Positions 21,443 through 31,327 of a DNA stretch of 64,000 bases are shown here, in pieces; positions within the stretch are counted from its first letter, which is position 1; every line of letters begins with the position of its first letter. A program made the translations under genes and the position numbers. This DNA comes from Sphingobacteriaceae bacterium (GTDB lineage: Bacteria > Bacteroidota > Bacteroidia > UBA7662): positions 16,568 through 80,567 of the forward strand of contig PNNG01000035.1 of the NCBI GenBank assembly GCA_013824115.1, in the 5' to 3' direction. The notes under the pieces were generated by a model. It saw only the letters and a program-made list of their open reading frames with translations, had not been told where the DNA came from and did no database searches.

Positions 21443-23008
21443 ATGTCTTACAATAAAATGTTTGGCCCCAATTTGAAATATGATTTGCCGGCCGGACTCG
21501 TCGTTTTTTTAGTTGCGCTGCCACTCTGCCTGGGCATAGCGCTGGCTTCGGGTGCACCTTTGCTATCGGGCATTATTGCCGGGGTCATAGGCGGACTGAT
21601 TGTAGGTCCGCTCAGCGGCTCCATGCTCAGTGTAAGTGGTCCGGCTGCCGGATTAACCGTCATTGTGCTCAGTTCGGTAGAAAAGCTAGGCAGTTTCGAA
21701 GCTTTTTTAGCAGCGGTGGTCTTGGCAGGTGTCTTTCAAATGGCTTTGGGGCTGCTTCGCGCGGGCTTTGTGAGTTACTATTTTCCCTCCAACGTCATCA
21801 AGGGCATGCTGGCAGGCATTGGGGTGATTCTTATTTTGAAGCAAATGCCACATGCTTTGGGTTACGACGAATCGAGCATGGCCTCGGTGGCTTTTGCCGA
21901 AAGGAGTGAAAATACCTTCACAGAGTTGTACTTAGCCATGCGGTTTTTTAACCCAGGGGCCTTGCTGCTCAGCTTTTTGGCCATTGTGGTTTTGTTGCTG
22001 TGGGAACGACCCGCCTTGAAGAACCACTCCTGGTTACGCTACATGCCGGGTCCACTGGTGGTAGTGGTACTAAGCACACTATTACACGAGGCTTTGTTGC
22101 TTTGGTGGCCGCAATGGGCTCTTTCGGCCAATCATATGGTAAATATTCCCGATTTGTTTGGTCCAACGGCCAATTACCACCAATTGTCGCCCGATTGGGG
22201 TGCGTTGCGCCAAACCGCTCTTTGGGGCGTGGCGGGTACCATTGCTGTGGTGGCCAGTCTCGAAACACTTTTGAGTCTCGAAGCAGCCGACAAGCTCGAT
22301 CCATACAAACGGGTGAGTCCACCTAACCGCGAACTTTTGGCACAAGGTGTAGGCAATGTGTTGAGTGGCTGGCTGGGAGGCTTGCCGCTAACGGCTGTCA
22401 TTGTACGTTCGTCGGCCAATGTAACGGCTGGGGCGCGTACCCGCATTTCGGCCGTTGCGCATGGGCTGTACATGGGGGCTTTTGTGCTTTTGGCGCCCGA
22501 CTTACTCAACCGCATTCCACTTGCACCCTTGGCAAGCATCTTATTGGTGATAGGTTACAAACTTTCCACCATTGGCTTGTACCGGGGCATGTATCGGCTA
22601 GGCTGGAGCCAGTTTTTGCCATTTGCTTCTACGGTTTTGGCCATCGTATTTACCGATTTGCTCACAGGCATCGGCATAGGCTTGGTCATTGCTTTGTATT
22701 TCATATTACGCAACAACTACCGCAATGCCTTCATTTTGCACAAGGAAGCGTTGGAGGGCAGCCCGAAGCGCATGGCCTACCACCTCGAATTATCGCAAGA
22801 GGTAAGCTACCTCAACAAAGGGGCTATTGCCCGCTTTCTGCGTGAAATACCCAATTACAGCCAGGTACATATCGACGGAACACAATGCCTACACATCGAT
22901 TACGATGTTTTGGAGGTGATTGAAGCCTTTCGACAAAACGCGCCATCTCGCTTTATTGAATTGCAGTTGACCGACATTCCACAGGTGCAGCTGGTAAACA
23001 ACCACTAA
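21443..23008 (+). CDS. SulP/SLC26 anion (likely bicarbonate) transporter
   Basis: DLPAGLVVFLVALPLCLGIA, VSGPAAG, NRELLAQG, VIVRSSAN; STAS-like tail; adjacent carbonic anhydrase. Confidence 0.93.
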   Translation: MSYNKMFGPNLKYDLPAGLVVFLVALPLCLGIALASGAPLLSGIIAGVIGGLIVGPLSGSMLSVSGPAAGLTVIVLSSVEKLGSFEAFLAAVVLAGVFQMALGLLRAGFVSYYFPSNVIKGMLAGIGVILILKQMPHALGYDESSMASVAFAERSENTFTELYLAMRFFNPGALLLSFLAIVVLLLWERPALKNHSWLRYMPGPLVVVVLSTLLHEALLLWWPQWALSANHMVNIPDLFGPTANYHQLSPDWGALRQTALWGVAGTIAVVASLETLLSLEAADKLDPYKRVSPPNRELLAQGVGNVLSGWLGGLPLTAVIVRSSANVTAGARTRISAVAHGLYMGAFVLLAPDLLNRIPLAPLASILLVIGYKLSTIGLYRGMYRLGWSQFLPFASTVLAIVFTDLLTGIGIGLVIALYFILRNNYRNAFILHKEALEGSPKRMAYHLELSQEVSYLNKGAIARFLREIPNYSQVHIDGTQCLHIDYDVLEVIEAFRQNAPSRFIELQLTDIPQVQLVNNH

Positions 23009-23017
23009 GCCCTACCC

Positions 23018-23653
23018 ATGCAACAATCGTATGAACGCCTGATACAGAATAATGCCCGATGGGTGGAGGAAAAACTGCAGCTTGATCCTGATTACTTCAA
23101 GCGCCTCTCGCTCAAACAAACCCCGGATTTTTTGTGGGTGGGTTGCAGCGACAGTAGGGTGCCTGCCAATGAAATTACTGGCACCGATCCAGGTGAGATT
23201 TTCGTTCACCGCAACATTGCCAATATGGTGGTGCATACCGATTTTAATTTTTTGTCGGTACTCCAATACGCCGTGGAGGTGCTGCACGTAAAGCACATCA
23301 TTGTATGCGGACATTATGGCTGCGGCGGGGTGAGGGCGGCTATGGGACACAACAATTCGGGCCTGGTGAATAAGTGGCTGCGCAACATCAAGGAGGTGTA
23401 CGAAAAGCACCATGTGGCATTAGAAGGCATTGTGGATGAAGAAGCGCGGGTGAATCGTTTGGTAGAATTGAATGTGATTGAACAGGTGCGCAATCTGGCC
23501 AAGACTACCATCGTACAAAAGGCCTGGAAAGACCGCACTTTGCAGATTCATGGCTGGGTGTACGGCCTCGATTCGGGCCGCATCCGCGATTTGCAAGTGA
23601 TGATGCACGAGATTGAGGATTTAGAACCTATTTTTAGGTACGATGACCTTTGA
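23018..23653 (+). CDS. can: Beta-class carbonic anhydrase
   Basis: GCSDSRV, FVHRNIAN and CGHYGCGG zinc ligands. Confidence 0.95.
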   Translation: MQQSYERLIQNNARWVEEKLQLDPDYFKRLSLKQTPDFLWVGCSDSRVPANEITGTDPGEIFVHRNIANMVVHTDFNFLSVLQYAVEVLHVKHIIVCGHYGCGGVRAAMGHNNSGLVNKWLRNIKEVYEKHHVALEGIVDEEARVNRLVELNVIEQVRNLAKTTIVQKAWKDRTLQIHGWVYGLDSGRIRDLQVMMHEIEDLEPIFRYDDL

Positions 23654-23797
23654 GCAGGGGCATGGCCATGGTCTGCATTGGAACTACCTCGAGCTGATTG
23701 GTAAAGGCAATCTTGCATATTGGGCTGTAAGGATATACAACGCTTAGCGTCCGCCCAAACCTGTCTGAATATTTATCCATTATTTGTATTTTTGATC

Positions 23798-24106
23798 ATG
23801 CATCCATTTATTGAGGCACATAAGTCAGCAATTCAACATTTATGTAAAGAACATAGGGTCAAAGATTTGTATGTGTTTGGCTCAGCAGCTTATGGGAATA
23901 TGCACGCCAAAAGTGATGTTGATTTTGTGGTGAGTTTTGAGGATCAAATTGATCCTATTGAACATGGAACTCATTTTTTAATGCTTAAGGCCGAACTAGA
24001 AAACTTACTCCAATGTGAAGTAGATCTGCTCAGCTACAGGGCAATACGAAATCGGGTGCTTCGAGCCGCCATCGACGCACACAAAACGTTGCTCTATGCC
24101 GCCTAA
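23798..24106 (+). CDS. Minimal nucleotidyltransferase (MNT) antitoxin
   Basis: FGS-x10-DVD motif; about 100 aa; TATTTTTG box 3 nt before the ATG. Confidence 0.88.
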   Translation: MHPFIEAHKSAIQHLCKEHRVKDLYVFGSAAYGNMHAKSDVDFVVSFEDQIDPIEHGTHFLMLKAELENLLQCEVDLLSYRAIRNRVLRAAIDAHKTLLYAA

Positions 24107-24445
24107 ATTGGCTCTAAAATATTTGCTTGATGTAGAGCAGCTCATAGCAGAGCTTGAAGTTTGGTGTTCATTTGTGAAAGAGATTTTTTGAAGTTTAACA
24201 CTAATTTTATGGCTATCCGTACTGCTGAACGGAATCTTGAACTTGTGGGTGAGGCAATAAGGCAGTTATTAATTATTGATCCTGAGGCTAGAATTACCCA
24301 TGCCAAAGACATCATTGGATTAAGGAATATGCTTGCCCATGCTTATGATAGCATAGATTCTACTGCTTTGTGGAAGATATTGATCAAGGATATTCCTGAA
24401 CTCAAGGCTGAAATCCACAAACATATTCGCCATTCCAATGAATAA
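24096..24445 (+). pseudogene. HEPN (DUF86/HepT-like) RNase toxin interrupted by a frameshift
   Basis: ATG 24096 reads MPPKLALKYLLDVEQLIAELE and stops at 24189-24191; ERNLELVGEA and RNMLAH lie in the -1 frame. Confidence 0.75.
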
Positions 24446-24974
24446 TAAGCATCGATCCATAAGCTACCACCTTTCAAAGCTTTCGTATGGGGCTGGTGCG
24501 GGTCTAACGATGGTGCTTGTCCTATTACTCAACTCATTTTCTTATGCGCAAATAATCCCGATAGTTGAGCGTGGTGATTTATATGCCCTCCTTTCCAAAT
24601 CCGACGATACCCTTCGTGTAATTAACTTTTGGGCCACCTGGTGCGGTCCCTGTGTAGCTGAGATGCCCTACTTCGAAAGGTTAGAGCGAAATAAAGGCAG
24701 TGAAAAATTGCAGGTGATTTTGGTGAGTCTCGATTTTCCTTCGCAGCTGCAAAAGCGGGTGGTGCCTTTCGTAAAAAAGCGCAATCTGCAATCAAAAGTG
24801 CTTTTGCTCGACGGGGGCGACCCCAACGAATGGATTGATGAGGTAGAGCCGCGATGGACTGGCTCAATTCCGGCTACACTGTTTCTGTACCGGGGCAAGC
24901 GCATTTTTTATGAGGGACAAATCACAGAACAAGAACTCCGATCTTACGTTGCACAATTAAAGAATATGCCATGA
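24438..24974 (+). CDS. TlpA-like thiol-disulfide oxidoreductase (start uncertain, possibly 24510)
   Basis: INFWATWCGPC, LVSLD and GSIPAT motifs. Confidence 0.9.
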   Translation: MNNKHRSISYHLSKLSYGAGAGLTMVLVLLLNSFSYAQIIPIVERGDLYALLSKSDDTLRVINFWATWCGPCVAEMPYFERLERNKGSEKLQVILVSLDFPSQLQKRVVPFVKKRNLQSKVLLLDGGDPNEWIDEVEPRWTGSIPATLFLYRGKRIFYEGQITEQELRSYVAQLKNMP

Positions 24975-25570
24975 GAAAACTGCTTTTAGGATTATTGGCT
25001 GTATTGCTAAGCACCGCAGCCGGGGCCCAGTACAAAACCGGGGATGTTGCCCGCGATTTTAAATTGAAGAACATCGATGGCAAAATGGTGTCGATGAGCA
25101 AGTTCAAAGAGGCCAAAGGCTTCATCGTGATTTTTACCTGCAATCACTGCCCTTGGTCGCAGGCTTACGAACAGCGCATCATTGATCTCGACAAAAAATT
25201 CAAAGAAAAGGGCTTCCCGGTGATTGCCATCAATCCGAACGACCCTGATTTGCAGCCCGAAGATTCGTTCGACGAAATGAAAAAACGCGCGAAAAAATAT
25301 GGCTATACCTTTCCTTATTTGGTAGACGAAACCCAGGATGTTGCCCGCGATTATGGGGCTACCCGCACACCACATGTGTATGTGCTCAACAAGGAAGAGG
25401 GCAAAATGGTGGTGCGCTACATTGGGGCTATCGACGATAATACCGAGTTCCCCGACAAGGTGAGCAAGCGCTATGTAGAAGATGCGGTAAACGATCTGCT
25501 CGAAGGCTTGTACGTGCGCAACGGCAACACCAAGGCAGTAGGTTGCACCATCAAGTGGAAGAAAAGCTAA
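24971..25570 (+). CDS. Exported thioredoxin/AhpC-TSA family protein
   Basis: FTCNHCP, AINPND, GATRTPH, YIGAIDD and GCTIKW motifs. Confidence 0.9.
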   Translation: MRKLLLGLLAVLLSTAAGAQYKTGDVARDFKLKNIDGKMVSMSKFKEAKGFIVIFTCNHCPWSQAYEQRIIDLDKKFKEKGFPVIAINPNDPDLQPEDSFDEMKKRAKKYGYTFPYLVDETQDVARDYGATRTPHVYVLNKEEGKMVVRYIGAIDDNTEFPDKVSKRYVEDAVNDLLEGLYVRNGNTKAVGCTIKWKKS

Positions 25571-25607
25571 CCAAGCTAAATGCCCAATTACAGCAGGCGG
25601 CTACGGC

Positions 25608-28600
25608 TTAGCCTGCTATTTTTTTGCGCACAATACCCGTAGGGCATGTCCATTCGAGCAGGTAAACACCAGGAGCGGGTAAGGCCCACTGAAAATCGGG
25701 GCCATTCAAATTGAATTCAGCTACTTTTTGGCCACCTATATTGTAGATGCGCAGCACACTTCCTGTTTCGGCTTTTTTTACGTACAGGGTTTGGCCGTAG
25801 GTGTAGGCTTCAAAACCTCCGGGCTGCGGCTCAATCTGAGGCAAGCTGCTCGCCAAACCAATGCCAAAATGCAGGAAGAAACGGTTTGAATGATTACCAG
25901 CACTGAGCTGTAGCACTGCACTGTCGCGACGTAGGTTATAAAAGAGGCTGGTTGCGCGGTCTTCGAGATAGAGATCAAATTCAGTGTCAAAACCAGATAA
26001 ACTGTCGGTTTTAAGTACCACCTCCTGGCTCACCGCGCTGTGAAGAATGCAGGACAAACTGCCATAAGCACCTGGCCAAGGAACTGCTTGAATAGCCAGT
26101 GGCTGATTGTTAAGTAGGGTAGAAAACGATACAGCCGTGTTGGAGTTAAATCGTACTGCATCAAAGGCAGGATCATTGCCCAAACTGGCGTCGTTGCGAA
26201 ACACCACAGCTGTTTGGCTGAATCCCTGTTGTTGTCCTACAGCGTTGAGCCAAAGCCGGCCAACAGCGCCTGCCGCGCGGAAAAACTGTCCACTGCGGCC
26301 TTGGCTGCGCATGTTGTTTTCGAAATAGACATCGAGGTTTAAGTTCCCGCCTTGTACAAAAAAGCCTTGAGCTACCCCAATTTCGCCATTCGGTACCGCA
26401 CTGCCGTTGTTTGAGCCCGAACCAGCCACACCCGTTCCGCCAGCCCAAACAGCATAATCTACCGAAGCAAAATTATTTCCAGTGGCATTTTGTTGTTGCG
26501 ACCAGAAATACAAACTTCCGCCAGTGATGCCCAAGCCTTGCGGACCGTTGAACGCCAAAAAAGCATCGGCACTCAATGGAGCCGGGTAAGGGTTCCCCAA
26601 GAGATAATAGCCATTGGGCCCCGAAGTAGCCATGGGCAGGTATTGGCCGTGGTGCACCTTGCCGGTAAAGGTTACTTGTCCGGCCCCGGCCACACTATAC
26701 CCGCGCCCCGCCTGCATATGGCCGGTGGCTTGCTGCCAGGCCGACAAGGTGTTACCACCGGGTTGATACTGCTGGATGTCGATTGGATTCACCCCGGCAA
26801 AAACCGTAGAAATGGCAGCATTTTCAACCGGACTGCTCCAAAGATTGATGCGCAAATTGCTGTTTTGTCCGTTTCGCTTCACCTCATAGCTGCCTGTGCC
26901 GCTCAAAACGGCATTGTCGGCAGGGTAAAAACTGGCGCCATTTTCTAAGCGTATCGTACCATTATTCATCACATTGGCCGTGGTATGCAGCTTGGCACCT
27001 GCTTGCAACTGCAAGGTGGCGCCGCTGTTGACTTCAATGCTTGCAAATACCGCAGTGTCGCTGAGGCTCATACTGCCGCTTTCAATGAGGGGCTGCGAGC
27101 TGCTTACGGGCACAAAGCCGTTGTTCCAGTTTTGCGCTTGGCTGAAATTTCCGGTGCCATTCCAGCGGCTGCGTTCGGTAGTGGTAGCCAATGGCAAGGT
27201 CACCAAGCTGCGGCCGGGTACATTGGTATTGAACCGCAGTTGTCCGCTTGGTGAGCCAGCCGTTCCAAATTGCATGCTCACTTCTAACTCTATGACTTCA
27301 CCTGGTGCAATACTTCTGCTACTTCCGCCTGTATAACTGAGGCCTGTTCCGCTAACGTTGATGCCCGTCAACTCAATGGTTTCGGTTCCGTGGTTCACCA
27401 CGGGAACGCGGTACATGCGCTGCTGGTTCACCGACAAACTGCCTGGCAAAAGGCTGTCGGGAACGTAGATTCCCCACATAACTGGGCTACCCGGACTTGT
27501 GGTGAGTAAATTGGTAATGCGATCGAGCAGCTGCGGATAATCTACAAAGGGATTGCGGTTGAGCTGGTAGGTTTGCACATCGTTGTTGCGGCGGCGCGCA
27601 ATGCTGTCGGGCGGGTAGAGGGCATGCCACTGGCGTAGGTCGTTTTCGTATGGACTGATCCATGGAAATTGGGTAGTTCCTGCATTGCCGTAGCGCATGG
27701 CGAAATAGAAGAGCGCGCGAGCCGCAGGGCCTTTGTGCACGTCACGTGGTTCGAAAACCACCGAATTGGCTTTGCTTCCTCCAGGATAGGTGAGCGTTGG
27801 GCTGGGAACATTGCCCAGAGGTTTGTTACCTCGGGCCGAGTTGGTTCCACCGTCGGTTACGAACAAATGGTGCAAATCGCTTTCCATCGGATCATTGTCA
27901 GCACCCATGCTTTGCGGCCAAGTGTGTTCCGTGTTCATGTTGTACGGCGAAAGGTTGATGGCGCCGGTACCTATTTGGCTGTTGTAGGAAATAGTACGGC
28001 CAGTATAAACGCATTCGTTTTTAAATGCTTCGTTGTGGTTGGGTTCACGGCCGTTTACTTTCCAGTTGTCTATGATGTAGAACATGCGCAAACGGGCGTT
28101 ATTAGTCCCCGAATAAGTAAGCACTTGGTACGGACTACCCGTAATGGTACGCAAGGCCGACACCAAAGCGGCGCCGGTTTGGTTTTGCGAGTTGGCGTAA
28201 TAGCTGCGGCTGTAGGTGCCTTGTCCGCGTACGCGGATGTATTTGGGACCTGTGCCCGTGCGTACATCCACCACCAATACACCGCGGTTGAGGATGTTGT
28301 GGCGGGGGGTGAAGTAGATTTTTAACCGCAGTGAATCGCCGGCAGCGATGCTGAAGACTGAGTCGGGTGTCCAAAACGGTTGGTGGTTATAGAGGTGGAA
28401 TTGGCGGATGCGGCCTTGGAGGGTACTGCTACCTTCGTTGTATAGGGTTACGAAACCCGAATCGCGCTGTAGCTCGTTAGTGGTTCCAAAAACCAGGCTA
28501 TCAACGCTCAACCGCAAGCTGCCGCCAGCCACCGCACTGATTACTACCGGGCGGCTCACCGTGCCGTTGACGTTGAGGTTCACAATACTGGCGCCGCCCC

Positions 28601-29462
28601 CGCTGATAGCAATTTGTTGGTTGTAGGTGCCGTTGGCCAAGCCGCTTTTGAGGCGGACATACAAAGTGGTAGCAACCAAATTACCTGCTGTATAGGCTAC
28701 GTTGAGTTGTGCGCCGAAAGTGCTGTTGTTGCTCGATACTTCGTATGCTGTTCCGCTGGCATCAACCAAAAGGTTGCCGCTGCTGGTGAAGTTGTTGCCA
28801 CTCAATTGAAAACTTTGTGCGGTGGAGGCCCGGCTGCTGTCGGTTGAAAAGCCATTGAGTGTACTTGGACTCAAATTGATGGCAGGAGAAGGAGCGGTGA
28901 GGGTTCCAAAAACCCGGAAGTTGTTGAAGCGGAGGTTGCCGGTACTGGTAGCATTGTGCCCCCAGATACGGATGGTAATGGGATTTGATGTGCTTCCTGG
29001 CAGATTCGATGAAATGTTGAATACGTTCAACGCTGCTGCATTGGTACTGCTTACAGTGCCGCTATCGAGTAAGTAGGTGGTGTCTTCGTCGAAGCCATCA
29101 ATAGAACAAGCAATGGTAACACGGTTTGGGCCAGCCGACGAACGTCCAAATCTAAATCCTAAAGACGATAGGCTGATGCTGTAGCCATTTTGGGGGGTGA
29201 TGGTAAATTGGATATACTTTCCCGAAAATAAGAAGTTACCTTGATTCCAAGAGCTTGCGTTTCCGATGGTGTCACCATTTTCGTCACTACCAGGTTGGAA
29301 ACCAATGGTGCCGGAGGAAATACTGACTTGACTAACGGATAAATTGGCGGCAACAGAATCGGCAGTTGTTCGATTCTCAAAAGCATGCCTTGACAACAAG
29401 GACTGTCCATCCACGGTTAAGGCTGCCATTACCAGCAGCATCCCAATAAAAATAATTCTCAT
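25608..29462 (-). CDS. Secreted multidomain endonuclease I family nuclease with Ig-like domains and a probable T9SS C-terminal signal
   Basis: Signal peptide; NTEHTWPQS, DLHHL, NSARGN, HKG and RNPFVDYP; C-terminal IYNIGGQ...PGVYLL...KK. Confidence 0.85.
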   Translation of the reverse strand: MRIIFIGMLLVMAALTVDGQSLLSRHAFENRTTADSVAANLSVSQVSISSGTIGFQPGSDENGDTIGNASSWNQGNFLFSGKYIQFTITPQNGYSISLSSLGFRFGRSSAGPNRVTIACSIDGFDEDTTYLLDSGTVSSTNAAALNVFNISSNLPGSTSNPITIRIWGHNATSTGNLRFNNFRVFGTLTAPSPAINLSPSTLNGFSTDSSRASTAQSFQLSGNNFTSSGNLLVDASGTAYEVSSNNSTFGAQLNVAYTAGNLVATTLYVRLKSGLANGTYNQQIAISGGGASIVNLNVNGTVSRPVVISAVAGGSLRLSVDSLVFGTTNELQRDSGFVTLYNEGSSTLQGRIRQFHLYNHQPFWTPDSVFSIAAGDSLRLKIYFTPRHNILNRGVLVVDVRTGTGPKYIRVRGQGTYSRSYYANSQNQTGAALVSALRTITGSPYQVLTYSGTNNARLRMFYIIDNWKVNGREPNHNEAFKNECVYTGRTISYNSQIGTGAINLSPYNMNTEHTWPQSMGADNDPMESDLHHLFVTDGGTNSARGNKPLGNVPSPTLTYPGGSKANSVVFEPRDVHKGPAARALFYFAMRYGNAGTTQFPWISPYENDLRQWHALYPPDSIARRRNNDVQTYQLNRNPFVDYPQLLDRITNLLTTSPGSPVMWGIYVPDSLLPGSLSVNQQRMYRVPVVNHGTETIELTGINVSGTGLSYTGGSSRSIAPGEVIELEVSMQFGTAGSPSGQLRFNTNVPGRSLVTLPLATTTERSRWNGTGNFSQAQNWNNGFVPVSSSQPLIESGSMSLSDTAVFASIEVNSGATLQLQAGAKLHTTANVMNNGTIRLENGASFYPADNAVLSGTGSYEVKRNGQNSNLRINLWSSPVENAAISTVFAGVNPIDIQQYQPGGNTLSAWQQATGHMQAGRGYSVAGAGQVTFTGKVHHGQYLPMATSGPNGYYLLGNPYPAPLSADAFLAFNGPQGLGITGGSLYFWSQQQNATGNNFASVDYAVWAGGTGVAGSGSNNGSAVPNGEIGVAQGFFVQGGNLNLDVYFENNMRSQGRSGQFFRAAGAVGRLWLNAVGQQQGFSQTAVVFRNDASLGNDPAFDAVRFNSNTAVSFSTLLNNQPLAIQAVPWPGAYGSLSCILHSAVSQEVVLKTDSLSGFDTEFDLYLEDRATSLFYNLRRDSAVLQLSAGNHSNRFFLHFGIGLASSLPQIEPQPGGFEAYTYGQTLYVKKAETGSVLRIYNIGGQKVAEFNLNGPDFQWALPAPGVYLLEWTCPTGIVRKKIAG

Positions 29463-29516
29463 GCGAAGGGCAAAGGTCGGGATTTTGCCCCTGAGTGCAA
29501 GGTCTTTAAAAGAATC

Positions 29517-29963
29517 TTAACCCGCTATGACAGTTTGAGGAGCGGTGAGGGAATTCACCAAACTATCAGCAGCCAACATATCGGCCCAGGCCTCGAGGTA
29601 GGCCACCACGTCTTCGCGTTTGTTGCGGGCTAACCAGCGCTTACCGCCGGGTAAAAACTTGAGCACTTGATCGTTTTCGAGGTATTCGAGTTCGTGCAAT
29701 TCGCGGGTAGTGAAACCGGCTGCCATCAGTTGCTCAATGATCCAATCAATAGGCAAGCCCGATGTGGGGCAATACTCGCGCACTTGCGTACTCCAATCGC
29801 CATAACGTTGCATGGCAAAAGCATGGATTTCGGCCTTGCTCAGCTCTGTTACTTCCTGTGCTAGGTGGCCACAGTTGCAGCTGCCCATGTGGCCCCAAGC
29901 GTAGTGATCACTGGCCGAAAGGCGAGTGGCAGTTTTGCGCAGAATATCGATTTTGGTTTCCAT
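29517..29963 (-). CDS. Conserved hypothetical protein with a Cys/His motif
   Basis: YAWGHMGSCNCGHLAQ and YCPTSG motifs; host-like codon usage. Confidence 0.7.
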   Translation of the reverse strand: METKIDILRKTATRLSASDHYAWGHMGSCNCGHLAQEVTELSKAEIHAFAMQRYGDWSTQVREYCPTSGLPIDWIIEQLMAAGFTTRELHELEYLENDQVLKFLPGGKRWLARNKREDVVAYLEAWADMLAADSLVNSLTAPQTVIAG

Positions 29964-30061
29964 ACCGTTGAAGCTTTCTGAGATGCTAAAATAACCATTG
30001 CCGGCTATGTTTGTTTGACCAAAATGTTGTGGCTGCCGGGTTGGCTCGCTATCTTGCCTCG

Positions 30062-30628
30062 ATGGAAGCCATCCGCCAATATTTCAACCAATTGGTACCC
30101 CTAGAAGATGCCGAATGGCAGGCTTTTGCGGCTTGTTTGACCAAGCGAACGGTAAAACGCAAGGAGAAAATCTTGTTATTGGGTCAGGTTTGCCACGAAG
30201 TGTGCTTTATCGAAAGTGGCTCATTTCGCTTCTTCCACGAGCGCGAAGACGGCAGCGAATGGGTGACAGCCTTCTTTTTTGCCGGCGATTTTGTGACCAA
30301 TTACCGCAGTGTCATTACCAACCAACCTTCTTCGCACCACATTGAAGCCATGCAGGATGCGGTGATTTTGAGCATCCAAAAGGCCGATTTGTTCCGCTTG
30401 TACCTCGAGTTTCATGCGCTCGATCGCTTGGGCCGACGCATCGCCGAAGGCTTGTATCTCACAGTGGCTCACCGGCTCGATGCTTTTTTGTACGAATCGC
30501 CCGAAGAACGCTACGAGGCCCTGCTCCAACGCAATTCGCGCCTGCTCAACGAGGTACCCCAATACATGATTGCCTCCTACCTGGGCGTAAAACCCGAAAC
30601 CCTCAGCCGCATCCGCGCACGCCGCTGA
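30062..30628 (+). CDS. Crp/Fnr family transcriptional regulator
   Basis: cNMP-like domain and C-terminal VPQYMIASYLGVKPETLSRIR helix-turn-helix. Confidence 0.93.
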   Translation: MEAIRQYFNQLVPLEDAEWQAFAACLTKRTVKRKEKILLLGQVCHEVCFIESGSFRFFHEREDGSEWVTAFFFAGDFVTNYRSVITNQPSSHHIEAMQDAVILSIQKADLFRLYLEFHALDRLGRRIAEGLYLTVAHRLDAFLYESPEERYEALLQRNSRLLNEVPQYMIASYLGVKPETLSRIRARR

Positions 30629-30635
30629 TGTTTTC

Positions 30636-30649
30636 TTGACCAAAGTCAA
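30636..30649 (+). promoter_or_regulatory. Crp/Fnr-type operator
   Basis: Perfect TTGAC-N4-GTCAA just after the regulator stop, upstream of a CAGCTTTG -7-like box (30673-30680). Confidence 0.75.
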
Positions 30650-30698
30650 CCATTTCTGTCGGCCGGGTACCCCAGCTTTGTGGGGTAAACAAAACGAC

Positions 30699-31325
30699 AT
30701 GAAAACCCTACTCTCGCTCGCCTGCTTATTGGCCGTATCACATGTGCTACCGGCACAATCTTCAGAAAAAACGAGCTTCACCTATGCCGAAATAAAAAGC
30801 GGTTATGGGCGCACCATCTTCGGTAGCGGATTAAAAGAACGCGTTGATGCCGGAAATTTTTCGGCGAGCGGGGGTGGACTCACCTCTTTGGCAGCCTACC
30901 ACAAATTTGCCAAGCTCAACCACTTCAATGCCGGCATGCGCTTCAAAGGCTTAGGGGCTGGTCCAGCTACAGGCAATGGTGGCGAAGAAATGTTCTTCAA
31001 TTTTTGGTCGGTAGGTTTTTCGGCCCGTTACTTTCCCTTGGCCGCTGAAGCCCGCGAGGGATGGTTTGCCCAGGCCGACTACAACTTCGTTTCCCAGTTC
31101 ACCCAAAAATACCGCAATACGGCCGCGCTTCAATTCGACCACCAATTTGCCATTGGGTCGGGGGTGGCCTTGGGACTGGGCTATCAATGGTGGTTCAGGC
31201 CGGGATTAGGGTTAGTTGGCAGTGTTGAATACGACTGGTCGCGCCGCCAAGGCGAAGTCACCGGCTTGGGCGACAAAACTTTCCGCAATGGTCATGCGGC
31301 TTTTCAAATCGGCATCATTTTTTAA
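30699..31325 (+). CDS. Outer-membrane beta-barrel protein
   Basis: Signal peptide MKTLLS; amphipathic strands; C-terminal Phe (QIGIIF). Confidence 0.7.
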   Translation: MKTLLSLACLLAVSHVLPAQSSEKTSFTYAEIKSGYGRTIFGSGLKERVDAGNFSASGGGLTSLAAYHKFAKLNHFNAGMRFKGLGAGPATGNGGEEMFFNFWSVGFSARYFPLAAEAREGWFAQADYNFVSQFTQKYRNTAALQFDHQFAIGSGVALGLGYQWWFRPGLGLVGSVEYDWSRRQGEVTGLGDKTFRNGHAAFQIGIIF

Positions 31326-31327
31326 CC

